NCBI GenBank assembly: GCA_947487055.1
Contig: CANKVN010000003.1
Coordinates: 5,222 to 69,221 of the forward strand
Reading direction: 5' to 3'
Source of the DNA: Flavobacteriales bacterium
GTDB lineage: Bacteria > Bacteroidota > Bacteroidia > NS11-12g > UBA955
Length of the DNA stretch: 64,000 bases
Below the pieces are notes generated by a model. The model was not told the origin of the DNA. It saw only the letters and a list, made by a program, of their open reading frames with translations, and did no database searches. Positions within the stretch are counted from its first letter, which is position 1. Every line of letters begins with the position of its first letter. This document shows, piece by piece, positions 1 to 9,270 of this stretch. Position numbers and translations under genes: made by a program.

Positions 1-1144
1 CACTGCCGCAGTAAACATCATTACCGGAATTTCTGTTGTAGGATATGCGGTTGGAGCCTTTGCGCTGGTTGTTTTGCTCAGCGCCCTGAACGGGTTCGAA
101 AGGCTGATATTTAAATCCTACGAAAACTATTATCCGGACATCAAAATACAACCCGCAAGCGGGAAAGTACTGGCGTTTGATTCGGTGCAACTGGATAAAA
201 TAAAAAACATACAAGGGGTATTCTCTGCTGCACCCGTAATCGAAGAAAATGCCATTGTTCAATACAATGACAACCAGGTTGTTTGTTTAATCAAAGGGGT
301 AGGAAACGAGTGGCCAAAAACGGTAAGAACAGACTCTATGTTGGTGGCGGGAACCCCACTGCTTTTTAACAAAACCAACACCCCTTTTGCCTGGATGGCA
401 GAAGGGCTTGTTTATAAACTGGGATTAAACAGCACATCAAATGCCATAAACATCATGGTGCCCCGGCGTGATAATGTGGGCGTGGCCCAGCTGGACATGA
501 ACGAGGATCAGATTGGTGTTTCTGCTGTAATCAGGGCCGGAGAAGAGATGGACAACAAGCTTGTGGTTGTTCCGTTTTCCTGGGCTGAATCCATTTTTGA
601 GAGGGAAGGCTATGCAACTGCAGTTGAGGTGGCAACCAGGCTGGGAACAGACAACAAAGAGGTGGTTCAATCAATAAAAAACCTCATGGGCGATCAAGTG
701 GTGATTTACAACCGCTATGAACAAAACCGTGCGGTGTACAAAATGTTTAACACCGAAAAATGGGTGTCGTTTTCGCTAATGGCATTTGTTTTACTGCTCA
801 TCAGCTTCAACCTTGTTGGCTCTTTGAGCATGCTGGTGCTCGAAAAAAAGAAAGATATTGCATTGCTAAACCACATCGGAATGAGGCTTAGGGCCATTCA
901 GGGGATATTTTTTCGGGAAGGACTGATGGTTTCAATTGTTGGCACCGGTATAGGCTTGTCGCTGGGCGTTATGCTTGTTTTGTTACAACAAAAATTTGGC
1001 TTTATTACCACCCAAAGCACCATGGCTGCGGTTTACCCTGTTGCCCTAAAATCAGCAGATTTGCTGCTTATTACAGGTTTAAGCAGTGGGCTGGGGATAA
1101 GCAGTGCAATATATCCGGCATTAAAATCCGTTCATTCCATATAA
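1..1144 (+). CDS. ABC transporter permease, FtsX / LolC-E family (5' end lies outside the window)
   Basis: The frame is open from base 2 to the stop at 1142-1144. An N-terminal TM helix (ITGISVVGYAVGAFALVVLLSALNGF) is followed by a large soluble loop and a C-terminal multi-TM FtsX-type block (LVGSLSMLVLEKKKDIALLNHIGM...). The ORF-track start at 74 is an internal TTG. Confidence 0.8.
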   Translation, partial: TAAVNIITGISVVGYAVGAFALVVLLSALNGFERLIFKSYENYYPDIKIQPASGKVLAFDSVQLDKIKNIQGVFSAAPVIEENAIVQYNDNQVVCLIKGVGNEWPKTVRTDSMLVAGTPLLFNKTNTPFAWMAEGLVYKLGLNSTSNAINIMVPRRDNVGVAQLDMNEDQIGVSAVIRAGEEMDNKLVVVPFSWAESIFEREGYATAVEVATRLGTDNKEVVQSIKNLMGDQVVIYNRYEQNRAVYKMFNTEKWVSFSLMAFVLLLISFNLVGSLSMLVLEKKKDIALLNHIGMRLRAIQGIFFREGLMVSIVGTGIGLSLGVMLVLLQQKFGFITTQSTMAAVYPVALKSADLLLITGLSSGLGISSAIYPALKSVHSI

Positions 1145-1158
1145 ATTTGCAAATAATC

Positions 1159-1950
1159 ATGCGCGAAAAACTTATTGCCATTGGAGCTTTTCTTGTAACC
1201 CTTTGCAGCACAAACGCCCAATCCGTAGCAGAACAACAGCTCAATTTTGAACGGGTACGCATCGCCAAGGCCAGAACAGAGGCAAGAATCCGAAAAATGT
1301 TCCTCGACAGCGGCTTGTCTGAAACGCCCAAATACATCTACTGGAGAGCCTTCAAAATGGAAGACCAGCTCGAATTATGGGCAACCGACAGCAGTAACAA
1401 ACTGTACAAAAAAATAAAAACCTATTCCATCTGCCAAAGCAGCGGTGATTTAGGGCCAAAAAGAAAATTTGGAGATTTGCAGGTGCCGGAAGGGCTTTAT
1501 TACATCGAAAAATTTAACCCGCACAGCAACTATCGCCTCAGCATGAAGGTGGCTTACCCCAATGAGAGCGATCTTGTTTTTGCAGACAAATCCAATCCGG
1601 GAAACGAAATATACATTCATGGCGGCTGCGCCAGTGTTGGGTGCTTGCCCATGACAGACAGCCTTATTGATGAAATTTACTGGGTAACCATCTTGTCTCA
1701 AAACTACCAGGGCTCCAAAGCCAAAATCCCCATTGATATTTTTCCGTGCAACTTTACCGCTAAAAACTGGTCACACCTGAAAGCAACCTATGGGCACAAA
1801 CCCCAACTTTTAAAGTTTTGGGAAAACCTGGAAGAAGCTTGGGCGTTTTTTAAAGACAAGAAAATAGCCCCGGGTTACTGGGTAGATCAACAGGGTAAGT
1901 ACAATGTGGTATTTCCTCAGAACTACCACCTGAACGACCCAAACCACTAA
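1159..1950 (+). CDS. L,D-transpeptidase (YkuD-like) family protein, secreted
   Basis: The ATG at 1159 gives a signal peptide (MREKLIAIGAFLVTLCSTNAQ). A His...Cys catalytic block IYIHGGCASVGCLPM resembles the YkuD/YafK L,D-transpeptidase motif. Confidence 0.6.
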   Translation: MREKLIAIGAFLVTLCSTNAQSVAEQQLNFERVRIAKARTEARIRKMFLDSGLSETPKYIYWRAFKMEDQLELWATDSSNKLYKKIKTYSICQSSGDLGPKRKFGDLQVPEGLYYIEKFNPHSNYRLSMKVAYPNESDLVFADKSNPGNEIYIHGGCASVGCLPMTDSLIDEIYWVTILSQNYQGSKAKIPIDIFPCNFTAKNWSHLKATYGHKPQLLKFWENLEEAWAFFKDKKIAPGYWVDQQGKYNVVFPQNYHLNDPNH

Positions 1951-1955
1951 CATCC

Positions 1956-2522
1956 ATGAAGTTTTTGGTGGTTGGTTTGGGAAATCCCGGAGCGGAATAT
2001 CAAAACACCCGCCACAATATTGGATTTGAAATCCTGGATTACTGGGTTAGCCAGCAGGGCCTTAGTTGGTCGCAGGAGCGACATGGCTGGGTTTGCAAAA
2101 CCAGCATCAAGGGAAAGCAGCTTACCCTGCTAAAACCCAATACATACATGAACCTTAGTGGCAAAGCGGTATCCTATTGGATGCAGCAGGAAAAAACACA
2201 AAGAAACCAAATGCTGATTTTACTGGATGACCTTGCCTTGCCCCTGGGCAAGCTGCGCATGAGGCTAAATGGCAGTGATGGTGGACACAATGGCTTAAAA
2301 AGCATCAACGAAACCCTTGGAACCCCCGAATATCCAAGGCTTCGGTTTGGCATAGGAAGCGATTTTCCGCGCGGCCGACAGGCCGAATTTGTTTTGGGCA
2401 CCTGGACCGCTGAAGAAGAACCCCTGGTTAAACAGGCCATTGTAAAAGCTTCCGATGCCATTTCTATTTTTGTAACCATGTTGCCAGGAATGGCCATGAC
2501 CCGCATAAACGCAGCAGGATAA
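1956..2522 (+). CDS. pth: peptidyl-tRNA hydrolase
   Basis: Canonical Pth N-terminus MKFLVVGLGNPGAEYQNTRHNIGF, plus the DDLALPLGKLRMR and GGHNGLKSI motifs. Confidence 0.95.
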   Translation: MKFLVVGLGNPGAEYQNTRHNIGFEILDYWVSQQGLSWSQERHGWVCKTSIKGKQLTLLKPNTYMNLSGKAVSYWMQQEKTQRNQMLILLDDLALPLGKLRMRLNGSDGGHNGLKSINETLGTPEYPRLRFGIGSDFPRGRQAEFVLGTWTAEEEPLVKQAIVKASDAISIFVTMLPGMAMTRINAAG

Positions 2523-3238
2523 TGCCCAATATTGAAACCATCATCAGCCCAGCCTTGTTCCATTTGCACGAAGAGGACATTGAGCACAAAAATGTAGTGG
2601 TGATAGACATTCTGCGTGCCACAACCACCATATGCGTCGCATTTGCAAACGGAGCAAAAGAAATATTGCCCGTTTCAAAACCCGAAGATGCTGCCGCAAT
2701 GCAGCAATTGGGATGGATTGCTGCAGCAGAGCGCCACGGAGAAACAGTACCCGGATTCGATATGGGTAATTCACCGCAAGATTATTCAGCAGAGCGGGTT
2801 AATGGCAGAAAGATAGCCCTTACAACCACCAACGGAACCCGTGCGCTGCAAATGAGCAAATCGGCAAGAAATGTATGGGTAGGTTCGTTTTTGAACATGG
2901 ATGCAATCTGCAAAGCGCTCCTCTCAGACAACCACGACATTCTCCTTTTCTGTGCCGGCTGGAAAGACAAATTCAACCTCGAAGACACCATCTACGCCGG
3001 GGCACTGGCCAGGAAGTTGTCTGCACAATTTATCATAGAGGACGATGCCACACTTGCCGCAATCGACCTATACATGGCCGCAGAAAACAACATGGCAGGA
3101 TATTTACAAAAAGCCAGCCACGTCAACAGGTTCAAATCGTTGCATATAGAAAGCGACCTGGATATTTGCCTGAAAACCAACAGTACTGATATTTTGCCCG
3201 TATTTACCAATGGCAGTATTTATCCGCAGAACCCATGA
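2522..3238 (+). CDS. comB: 2-phosphosulfolactate phosphatase (ComB) family protein
   Basis: ComB-family signature VVVIDILRATTTI near the N-terminus, at the expected size of about 238 aa. The start overlaps the pth stop by 1 nt (TAATG). Confidence 0.75.
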   Translation: MPNIETIISPALFHLHEEDIEHKNVVVIDILRATTTICVAFANGAKEILPVSKPEDAAAMQQLGWIAAAERHGETVPGFDMGNSPQDYSAERVNGRKIALTTTNGTRALQMSKSARNVWVGSFLNMDAICKALLSDNHDILLFCAGWKDKFNLEDTIYAGALARKLSAQFIIEDDATLAAIDLYMAAENNMAGYLQKASHVNRFKSLHIESDLDICLKTNSTDILPVFTNGSIYPQNP

Positions 3239-3918
3239 CCGGCAGGGGCCTGAAAATATCATTTTTTGAGTTTTTCATCGCGTTGGCCGCAAACAACAGA
3301 AAATCCTGGTTTGATGAACACAGGGCGGAATACGAGAACAATGTAAAAAAACCATTCGAAAACCTGGTGGCAGAGCTCTTGCAGGTATTTGCCGAATTGG
3401 AGGGGGTTGGCATTGGTATAAAACCGGGTGATTGTATCTTTAGAATCAACAGGGATATACGCTTTGCCAAGGATAAAACACCATACAAACTTAACCGGAG
3501 TGCCATTATTTCTGCCGAGGGCAAGAAATCACTTGGTCCTGAAGGTTTTTATTTCGAGGTGGGCCCCGAAGAATGCGCCTTCTATGCAGGTTATTATATG
3601 CCCGACAAAACGCAGCTAGCCGCGATCAGGCAGGCTATTGCCTGGGAGCCGGAGCGGTGGCTTGCCATCACACAAAATCCTGGTTTTATGAAGACGTTTG
3701 GCGTGGTTTTGGGAAAGCAGCAGAAACGGCTACCGCTGGAGTTTAGGCAACACGCAGACCAATTGCCCATTTTATACAAGACGCAGTTTTACGTTGAACA
3801 TAAAATGGAGCCCGAGATTTTTATTGATGAAGACCCGGTAAAGCGGTTAATTTCCCTTTGGAATACCGCAAAACCATGGGTAAATTTTCTTTATGACGCA
3901 ACTTCTGCAAAGGTTTAA
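3235..3918 (+). CDS. DUF2461 (TIGR02453) family protein
   Basis: FFEFFIALAANNRKSWFDEHRAEYENNVKKPFENL plus RINRDIRFAKDKTPYK are typical of DUF2461. The start overlaps the comB stop (ATGA). Confidence 0.75.
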   Translation: MTGRGLKISFFEFFIALAANNRKSWFDEHRAEYENNVKKPFENLVAELLQVFAELEGVGIGIKPGDCIFRINRDIRFAKDKTPYKLNRSAIISAEGKKSLGPEGFYFEVGPEECAFYAGYYMPDKTQLAAIRQAIAWEPERWLAITQNPGFMKTFGVVLGKQQKRLPLEFRQHADQLPILYKTQFYVEHKMEPEIFIDEDPVKRLISLWNTAKPWVNFLYDATSAKV

Positions 3919-3945
3919 GATATATTCCCGAAATTTGTCCCGTTC

Positions 3946-4368
3946 ATGACAGCCATAAAAAGAAATCGCCCCATTCGCGTACTGGTTGCAAAGGTGGGTT
4001 TGGATGGGCACGACCGCGGCGCCAAAGTAATTGCGAGCGCCTTACGGGACGCCGGAATGGAAGTAATTTACACAGGGCTTCGCCAAACACCTGAAATGGT
4101 TGTTCAGGCTGCATTGCAGGAAGATGTTGATGCCATTGGAATCAGCATTTTGTCCGGAGCACACAACACCATTTTCCCCAAAGTAATTACCCTGATGAAA
4201 GACGCCGGAATGAACGATGTTCTGCTTACCGGCGGCGGAATTATTCCGGATAAAGACGCAGAAGAACTCAACAACCTGGGCGTTGCAAAGCTCTTTCCTC
4301 CGGGAACAGAGATGGCAGCAATTGTTCATTACATTCAAGACTGGGTTTCAACCAACAGGCCATTCTAA
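3946..4368 (+). CDS. cobalamin (B12)-binding domain protein, resembling the methylmalonyl-CoA mutase C-terminal domain
   Basis: [34 protein letters not shown] contains the DxHxxG B12-binding motif. At 140 aa it is a stand-alone domain. Confidence 0.85.
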   Translation: MTAIKRNRPIRVLVAKVGLDGHDRGAKVIASALRDAGMEVIYTGLRQTPEMVVQAALQEDVDAIGISILSGAHNTIFPKVITLMKDAGMNDVLLTGGGIIPDKDAEELNNLGVAKLFPPGTEMAAIVHYIQDWVSTNRPF

Positions 4369-4376
4369 GCAACACA

Positions 4377-5168
4377 ATGTCAACCAATACTGTATATGCC
4401 AACATCCTCACAGAACTTCAGGAGGGCATTCTTACCATTACCTTAAACAGAGAAACAAAACTCAATGCGCTAACCTTAGGCACCTTGCAGGAAATAAGGG
4501 CTGCTGTGCAATCGGCCCAGAGAGATCCACTGGTAAAAGGAATTATCCTTACCGGATCGGGGCAAAAGGCATTTGCTGCCGGCGCAGACATCAGTGAGTT
4601 TGCTCATTTTACCGAAGACCAGGCCACGCGCATGAGCGCCGATGGCCACGATGTGATGAACACCATCGAAAACAGTGAGAAACCTGTAATTGCCGCGGTA
4701 AACGGTTTTGCGCTTGGCGGTGGTTGTGAGCTTGCCATGTGTTGCCACATGCGTATTGCCAGCGAAAATGCCAAATTCGGACAACCTGAAGTGAATTTGG
4801 GCGTGCCTCCCGGATATGGCGGCACCCAGCGCCTTATCCAACTTATCGGAAAAGGGAAAGCCATAGAATTGTTGCTCACCGGAGATGCCATTGATGCCCA
4901 AACAGCCCTGAACCTGGGTTTGGTAAACCATGTGGTACCGCAGGAAGAACTTATTGCCAGGAGCAAAGAAATACTGCAAAAAATTTCCACCAAAAGCCCG
5001 GTTGCTGTTGGAAAGGTGATTAAGTGCGTAAATGACTTTTTCCGCCCAAACGTAAACGGCATGCAGCGCGAGATCTACGAATTTGGCGAGTCGTTTATCA
5101 CCGAAGACTTTAAAGAAGGAACAGACGCGTTTCTAAACAAAAGAAAACCCAATTTTCCAGGCAAGTAA
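4377..5168 (+). CDS. enoyl-CoA hydratase/isomerase (crotonase) family protein
   Basis: Crotonase-fold motifs FAAGADISEF and AAVNGFALGGGCELAMCCHMRIA are present, with a typical C-terminus EGTDAFLNKRKPNF. Confidence 0.9.
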   Translation: MSTNTVYANILTELQEGILTITLNRETKLNALTLGTLQEIRAAVQSAQRDPLVKGIILTGSGQKAFAAGADISEFAHFTEDQATRMSADGHDVMNTIENSEKPVIAAVNGFALGGGCELAMCCHMRIASENAKFGQPEVNLGVPPGYGGTQRLIQLIGKGKAIELLLTGDAIDAQTALNLGLVNHVVPQEELIARSKEILQKISTKSPVAVGKVIKCVNDFFRPNVNGMQREIYEFGESFITEDFKEGTDAFLNKRKPNFPGK

Positions 5169-5211
5169 TTTGGGGGTAAACCCATAAAAAACAGTATTAA
5201 TCAATTACCAT

Positions 5212-5751
5212 ATGAAAAACATCACAAAACTATTTTTAATTGGCGCTATGGCGCTCACAACAATTGCATCCTGCAAGAAAGAAAAAGAAGATAACCCCAC
5301 CACAACTCCGGCAGCTGCGGGTGTTACAACCTGTCAGGTGAATGGACAAACCTGGACCAGCGATGAGGCAGGAAAATACTCTGCAACTGACAGCTTACCC
5401 GGTTGTGAGGCGTTGCTCAATGGCGACACAATGACCTTTATTTCTACAAGGTTTTCAGACAATTCAGCCATTTTGGCCCAACTGGTGTTAACACCTGCCC
5501 GCGTTGGAACCTACAGCGGAACCACTTCTGCAGACGCTGGTATGTTTTACCTGAGCAAATTCGATGAAACAACCCTGTTTCAGAGCTTCCTTTTGTACAC
5601 CACGTCCTATAGCTTCACCATAAGCGACTGGAACGCAAGCGCCAAAAAGTTTTCAGGAACCTTCAACATTACCATGACCTCAAACACCGGCGGGTCCAAC
5701 ATTACAGTGACCAACGGAAAATGCACCAACGTTCCATACGTTCTGGAATAA
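5212..5751 (+). CDS. hypothetical lipoprotein
   Basis: Signal peptide with lipobox (LTTIASC) followed by a Lys/Glu/Thr-rich linker. No family recognised. Confidence 0.55.
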   Translation: MKNITKLFLIGAMALTTIASCKKEKEDNPTTTPAAAGVTTCQVNGQTWTSDEAGKYSATDSLPGCEALLNGDTMTFISTRFSDNSAILAQLVLTPARVGTYSGTTSADAGMFYLSKFDETTLFQSFLLYTTSYSFTISDWNASAKKFSGTFNITMTSNTGGSNITVTNGKCTNVPYVLE

Positions 5752-5765
5752 AACAACATTTTTCA

Positions 5766-5800
5766 TAAAAAAGGCCACCTAATTTTAGGTGGCCTTTTTT
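5766..5800. terminator. bidirectional Rho-independent terminator between convergent genes
   Basis: A perfect 10-bp stem, aaggccacct (5771-5780) with aggtggcctt (5787-5796), is flanked by an A-run upstream and a T-run downstream. It overlaps the coaE stop codon. Confidence 0.8.
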
Positions 5801-6410
5801 ATGAAAGAAAATTCGACGGTTGTTGCGCAAGCAGCAATAGCTGCTCATGAATGGCAAGCACCTGCTTTAATAGGCTCTGTTGGCCGTCGTTATTGATTAA
5901 ATAACCGCAACGCCTGGCCAGTTCTTCCTGCGACATTTGTTTTTCCATGCGTGCGCGCACCTCCGCTTCCGTGCTATTGTCCCGCACCACGCTTCGTGCA
6001 ACTCTTAAGGCTTCCGGAGCCAAAACCCCCACCACAGCATGTAGGTGCCGGTAGCTGCCACTTTCAAAGAGTATGGCGGCTTCCTTTACTGTGTAGGCAA
6101 AGGAATCATGCTCAACGCACCATTGTTCATAATGCGCAAACACAAAAGGATGCACAATGGCATTTAACGCAGCAGATGTTTCTTTACTGCCAAACGCAAG
6201 TTTTAAAAGGGTGGGTTTGTGCACCTCCCCGTTTTGGATAATGGTGTCACCAAAAGCAGTAACCAAATCAAACTGTAATTGCGTGTTTTCGGCATACAGT
6301 TTTTTGGCTTCGGCATCTGCGTAATAAACAGGCACTCCAAGGGATTCAAAAACCTTGCACACCGTGGTTTTACCACTGCCAATGCCGCCGGTAACACCAA
6401 CCCTTAACAA
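5799..6410 (-). CDS. coaE: dephospho-CoA kinase
   Basis: (M)LRVGVTGGIGSGKTTVCKVF P-loop N-terminus typical of CoaE. About 200 aa. Apparent TTG start. Confidence 0.9.
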   Translation of the reverse strand: MLRVGVTGGIGSGKTTVCKVFESLGVPVYYADAEAKKLYAENTQLQFDLVTAFGDTIIQNGEVHKPTLLKLAFGSKETSAALNAIVHPFVFAHYEQWCVEHDSFAYTVKEAAILFESGSYRHLHAVVGVLAPEALRVARSVVRDNSTEAEVRARMEKQMSQEELARRCGYLINNDGQQSLLKQVLAIHEQLLLLAQQPSNFLS

Positions 6411-6422
6411 AGCAAAAACAGT

Positions 6423-6746
6423 TTATTCTGCTTTCGCCTTGGGGTAGGCAACCATGGTCATTTCCATGCTCACAGCGGATTTCTCAACCTTCATTTTGCC
6501 TTCTTCCAAGTCCAGGATGAAATGGTTGTCGGCAAGCTGTGCAATTTTTGCGTGCACGCCGCCTGTTGTTACCACATGGTCTCCCTTTTTCAGTTCAGAC
6601 AAATAGGCCTTGGCTTTTTTCTGCTTGCGCATTTGTGGCCAAATCATAAAGAAGAAAAACACCACCATGATGAGCATCAGGGGTAAAAACTGTCCTAGTC
6701 CACCGGGTTGAGTGGGTGCGCCAGTTAGCAATGTATAAATAAACAT
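6423..6746 (-). CDS. yajC: preprotein translocase subunit YajC
   Basis: A single TM helix is followed by MIWPQMRKQKKAKAYLSELKKGDHVVTTGGVHAKI, the YajC signature. Confidence 0.9.
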   Translation of the reverse strand: MFIYTLLTGAPTQPGGLGQFLPLMLIMVVFFFFMIWPQMRKQKKAKAYLSELKKGDHVVTTGGVHAKIAQLADNHFILDLEEGKMKVEKSAVSMEMTMVAYPKAKAE

Positions 6747-6749
6747 ATT

Positions 6750-7253
6750 TTAGTGATTGTTTTGTTCGTATTCCTGGTCTTCTTCCGGTGTGGAAAATAC
6801 CGTTGCCTTAAATTTAAGCACCACCGATCCAATGGAGGAATTGTCAAACTCCACAGTAATGGTTTTTTCATTTTCCAAACCTTCCTTAGAACCACGTCCT
6901 GTAGAATTAAAGGTTGCATCTACATAACCTTCGCCACCTGGAGGAACAACATCTTTGGTCCACCCGGGGGTGGTGCATCCACAAGCTGCCTGAGCGTTTC
7001 GGATCAGCAAATCTCCTTTTCCGGTGTTTTTGAATTTGTAGCGATGCTGCACCTGCATGCCGGATGTTACCTTTTTAAAATTGAACACGGTATCATCAAA
7101 TACGGGATTGCCTTTTGGACCGCTGTTTTCCGGTTTTGGGTTTTCTGCAGTAGCAGGATTTTCAATATTATCGGCAGCAATTTTGCGACCGTCAGAACCG
7201 CAAGAAGCCAGGGCAATTACCCCGGAGAGCAAAAAAGCGAAACGCATTAGCAT
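6750..7253 (-). CDS. DUF1573 domain-containing lipoprotein
   Basis: The internal start MLMRFAFLLSGVIALASC gives a signal peptide and lipobox. The core FKFKNTGKGDLLIRNAQAACGCTTPGWTKDVVPPGGEGYV is typical DUF1573. The longer track ORF (to 7388) would overlap nusB. Confidence 0.8.
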   Translation of the reverse strand: MLMRFAFLLSGVIALASCGSDGRKIAADNIENPATAENPKPENSGPKGNPVFDDTVFNFKKVTSGMQVQHRYKFKNTGKGDLLIRNAQAACGCTTPGWTKDVVPPGGEGYVDATFNSTGRGSKEGLENEKTITVEFDNSSIGSVVLKFKATVFSTPEEDQEYEQNNH

Positions 7254-7305
7254 AACGCAAAGGTATAATCTCTTTGATAAAATAAAAATGAATATAGGTG
7301 TTACC

Positions 7306-8244
7306 TTATTTATCGCGCAATCCGCGGCCTGTTTTCTGGATGCTACCATCCTTTTCCAGCTTGATACGCAACTTATCGAGGACACCATTCAGGAATCGAC
7401 CGCTGTTGGGTGTGCTGTAGTCTTTCACCACTTCAAGGTATTCGTTGATGCTTACCTTAACCGGCACCTGTGGAAAGGATAAAAACTCGGCCAGGGCCAG
7501 CTTGATGCACAACAAGTCGATGATGGCAATCCTGCCTGGATCCCAGTTGTCTGTTACCCCTTGTATTTTGAGTTCATAATCTTCGTTGTTATCGGTAACG
7601 AGGTCAAACAATTGAAGCCCCATTTTCACTTCATCGTCCTGCAGGCCTGCAGCAGAAGCCAGCGCCACGAAATCCTCTCCCGATCCGGTGATGGTTTTTT
7701 CCAGTTCCCGCGCAATCCCATCTTCATCATCGTTCCATGCACCGTATTCTTCTTCCATGATGCCATGGAATGGCTCGCAAGCCATCAGTAACCAATGGTA
7801 AAAATCCTGCAGGAAAGACTGTTGCTGTGCATGGCTTGGCTTATCAAACACCAAATAATCGGTGGTGAAATCCTGTTCGAACAAAGGTCCGATAACCGTT
7901 TCAAATTGCTCGGCAAGATCTGTCCATGAATTGGTAAAAAGCCGGCGCTTGTAATTGAGTGTCTTGTTGTAAATGGCTGTTGCCAGGGCATTGTTGTCAA
8001 ACAACCCCAGTCTCCTGATTCTTCCCTTATCGGGATAAAACTTTTTGGCTTCAATTTCCTGCTCACTTAGCAGGTATTCATTCAGGTAATGCGGAAACTC
8101 CAGCAAGAACAGGTATACATCGTGTGTCCTCAATATGGAATCCTTAAGGGATGCCCTACCTTGTTTTGTGCTTTCTTCACCGCTTTGTTGCACAGCATAC
8201 AATGCCTGCAATGTCTTAATCCTTACCAACCGCCTTGAAATCAT
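7306..8244 (-). CDS. nusB: transcription antitermination factor NusB (long Bacteroidota form)
   Basis: The N-terminus after M17 (MISRRLVRIKTLQALYAVQQ) and the C-terminal block PGRIAIIDLLCIKLALAEFLSFPQVPVKVSINEYLEVVKDYSTPNSGRFLNGVLDKL are NusB hallmarks. The start could alternatively be at 8292. Confidence 0.85.
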   Translation of the reverse strand: MISRRLVRIKTLQALYAVQQSGEESTKQGRASLKDSILRTHDVYLFLLEFPHYLNEYLLSEQEIEAKKFYPDKGRIRRLGLFDNNALATAIYNKTLNYKRRLFTNSWTDLAEQFETVIGPLFEQDFTTDYLVFDKPSHAQQQSFLQDFYHWLLMACEPFHGIMEEEYGAWNDDEDGIARELEKTITGSGEDFVALASAAGLQDDEVKMGLQLFDLVTDNNEDYELKIQGVTDNWDPGRIAIIDLLCIKLALAEFLSFPQVPVKVSINEYLEVVKDYSTPNSGRFLNGVLDKLRIKLEKDGSIQKTGRGLRDK

Positions 8245-8325
8245 AGAACTATAGGCCACAAAGATAAGGCCTAATCCCATAAAAGGGAGCATTTTAGCAG
8301 GCTGAAAGCCTACATTTTAGTAAAA

Positions 8326-9210
8326 TTAATCAGCATCATACCCAAATTGTTTGAGCATGTTTTTGTTGTTGCGCCAATCTTCCCGAACTTTAACAAACAT
8401 TTCTATGTAAACCTGTTTGCCAAAAAAGGCTTCCAGCTCTTTTCTTGAGTTAATACCCAAACGCTTGATGGCATCTCCTTTGTTTCCGATCACAATGCGT
8501 TTTTGGCTATCCCGTTCTACTACTAGCTCGCAGCTAAGCCGAAGAATTTTATCTTCTTCTTTAAAAAGCAAGGTAGAAACCTCAATGCTGTAGGGAATTT
8601 CCTCTTCGTAAAGCCTAAGTGCGTTATTTCTTACAATTTCATTTACAAAAAACCGTTCTGAGCGATCGGTAATCTGGTCTTCCGGAAAATATGCGGGATG
8701 CTCGGGAAGGTAGGAAAGGGCCAGTTCTTCTAGTTTTTCGAGGTTGTAGTTGTTCAGCGCAGAAAGCAGGATAAAGGCGTCGGCAGCATAGCTTTCAGCA
8801 ACCTTTTGCATCACAGCTTCCAGCTGGTCCTGCTTTACCGTGTCTATTTTGTTGATAGCCACAATTTTTTTCGCCTTTGATTTGGTGTATCGCTGTTGAA
8901 TTTCCTCCGGAATTTCTGTGGCACGCACATCCAGCAGCAAAATCAGCACATCGCTGTCGTCCAGGGATTCATGCACGAAAGACATCATCTTTTCATGCAT
9001 TTTATAACTGGCTTTTTTTAGAATTCCGGGCGTATCCGAATAAATTATTTGTGCGTTTTCGCCGGTTTTAATTCCCAGAATGCGGTGGCGGGTGGTTTGG
9101 GCTTTGGGGTTGATAATGGATAATTTATCTCCCATCAGCCCGTTGTAGAGGGTGCTTTTGCCGGCATTGGGCATGCCGATAATACTTACGAATCCGGATT
9201 TAAAAGACAT
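8326..9210 (-). CDS. era: GTPase Era
   Basis: FKSGFVSIIGMPNAGKSTL (G1), DTPG (G3) and NKID (G4) are present, with a C-terminal KH domain (VVERDSQKRIVIGNKGDAIKRLG). Confidence 0.95.
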   Translation of the reverse strand: MSFKSGFVSIIGMPNAGKSTLYNGLMGDKLSIINPKAQTTRHRILGIKTGENAQIIYSDTPGILKKASYKMHEKMMSFVHESLDDSDVLILLLDVRATEIPEEIQQRYTKSKAKKIVAINKIDTVKQDQLEAVMQKVAESYAADAFILLSALNNYNLEKLEELALSYLPEHPAYFPEDQITDRSERFFVNEIVRNNALRLYEEEIPYSIEVSTLLFKEEDKILRLSCELVVERDSQKRIVIGNKGDAIKRLGINSRKELEAFFGKQVYIEMFVKVREDWRNNKNMLKQFGYDAD

Positions 9211-9256
9211 ATTACAGTGTCAGTTCAAAGATAGGCAATAACCGGGGCCTGTGGGC

Positions 9257-9264
9257 TATCTTTG
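9257..9264 (+). promoter_or_regulatory. Bacteroidota -7 promoter box (TAnnTTTG)
   Basis: Exact TATCTTTG, 6 nt upstream of the GH16 ATG at 9271. Confidence 0.45.
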
Positions 9265-9270
9265 CTACGG

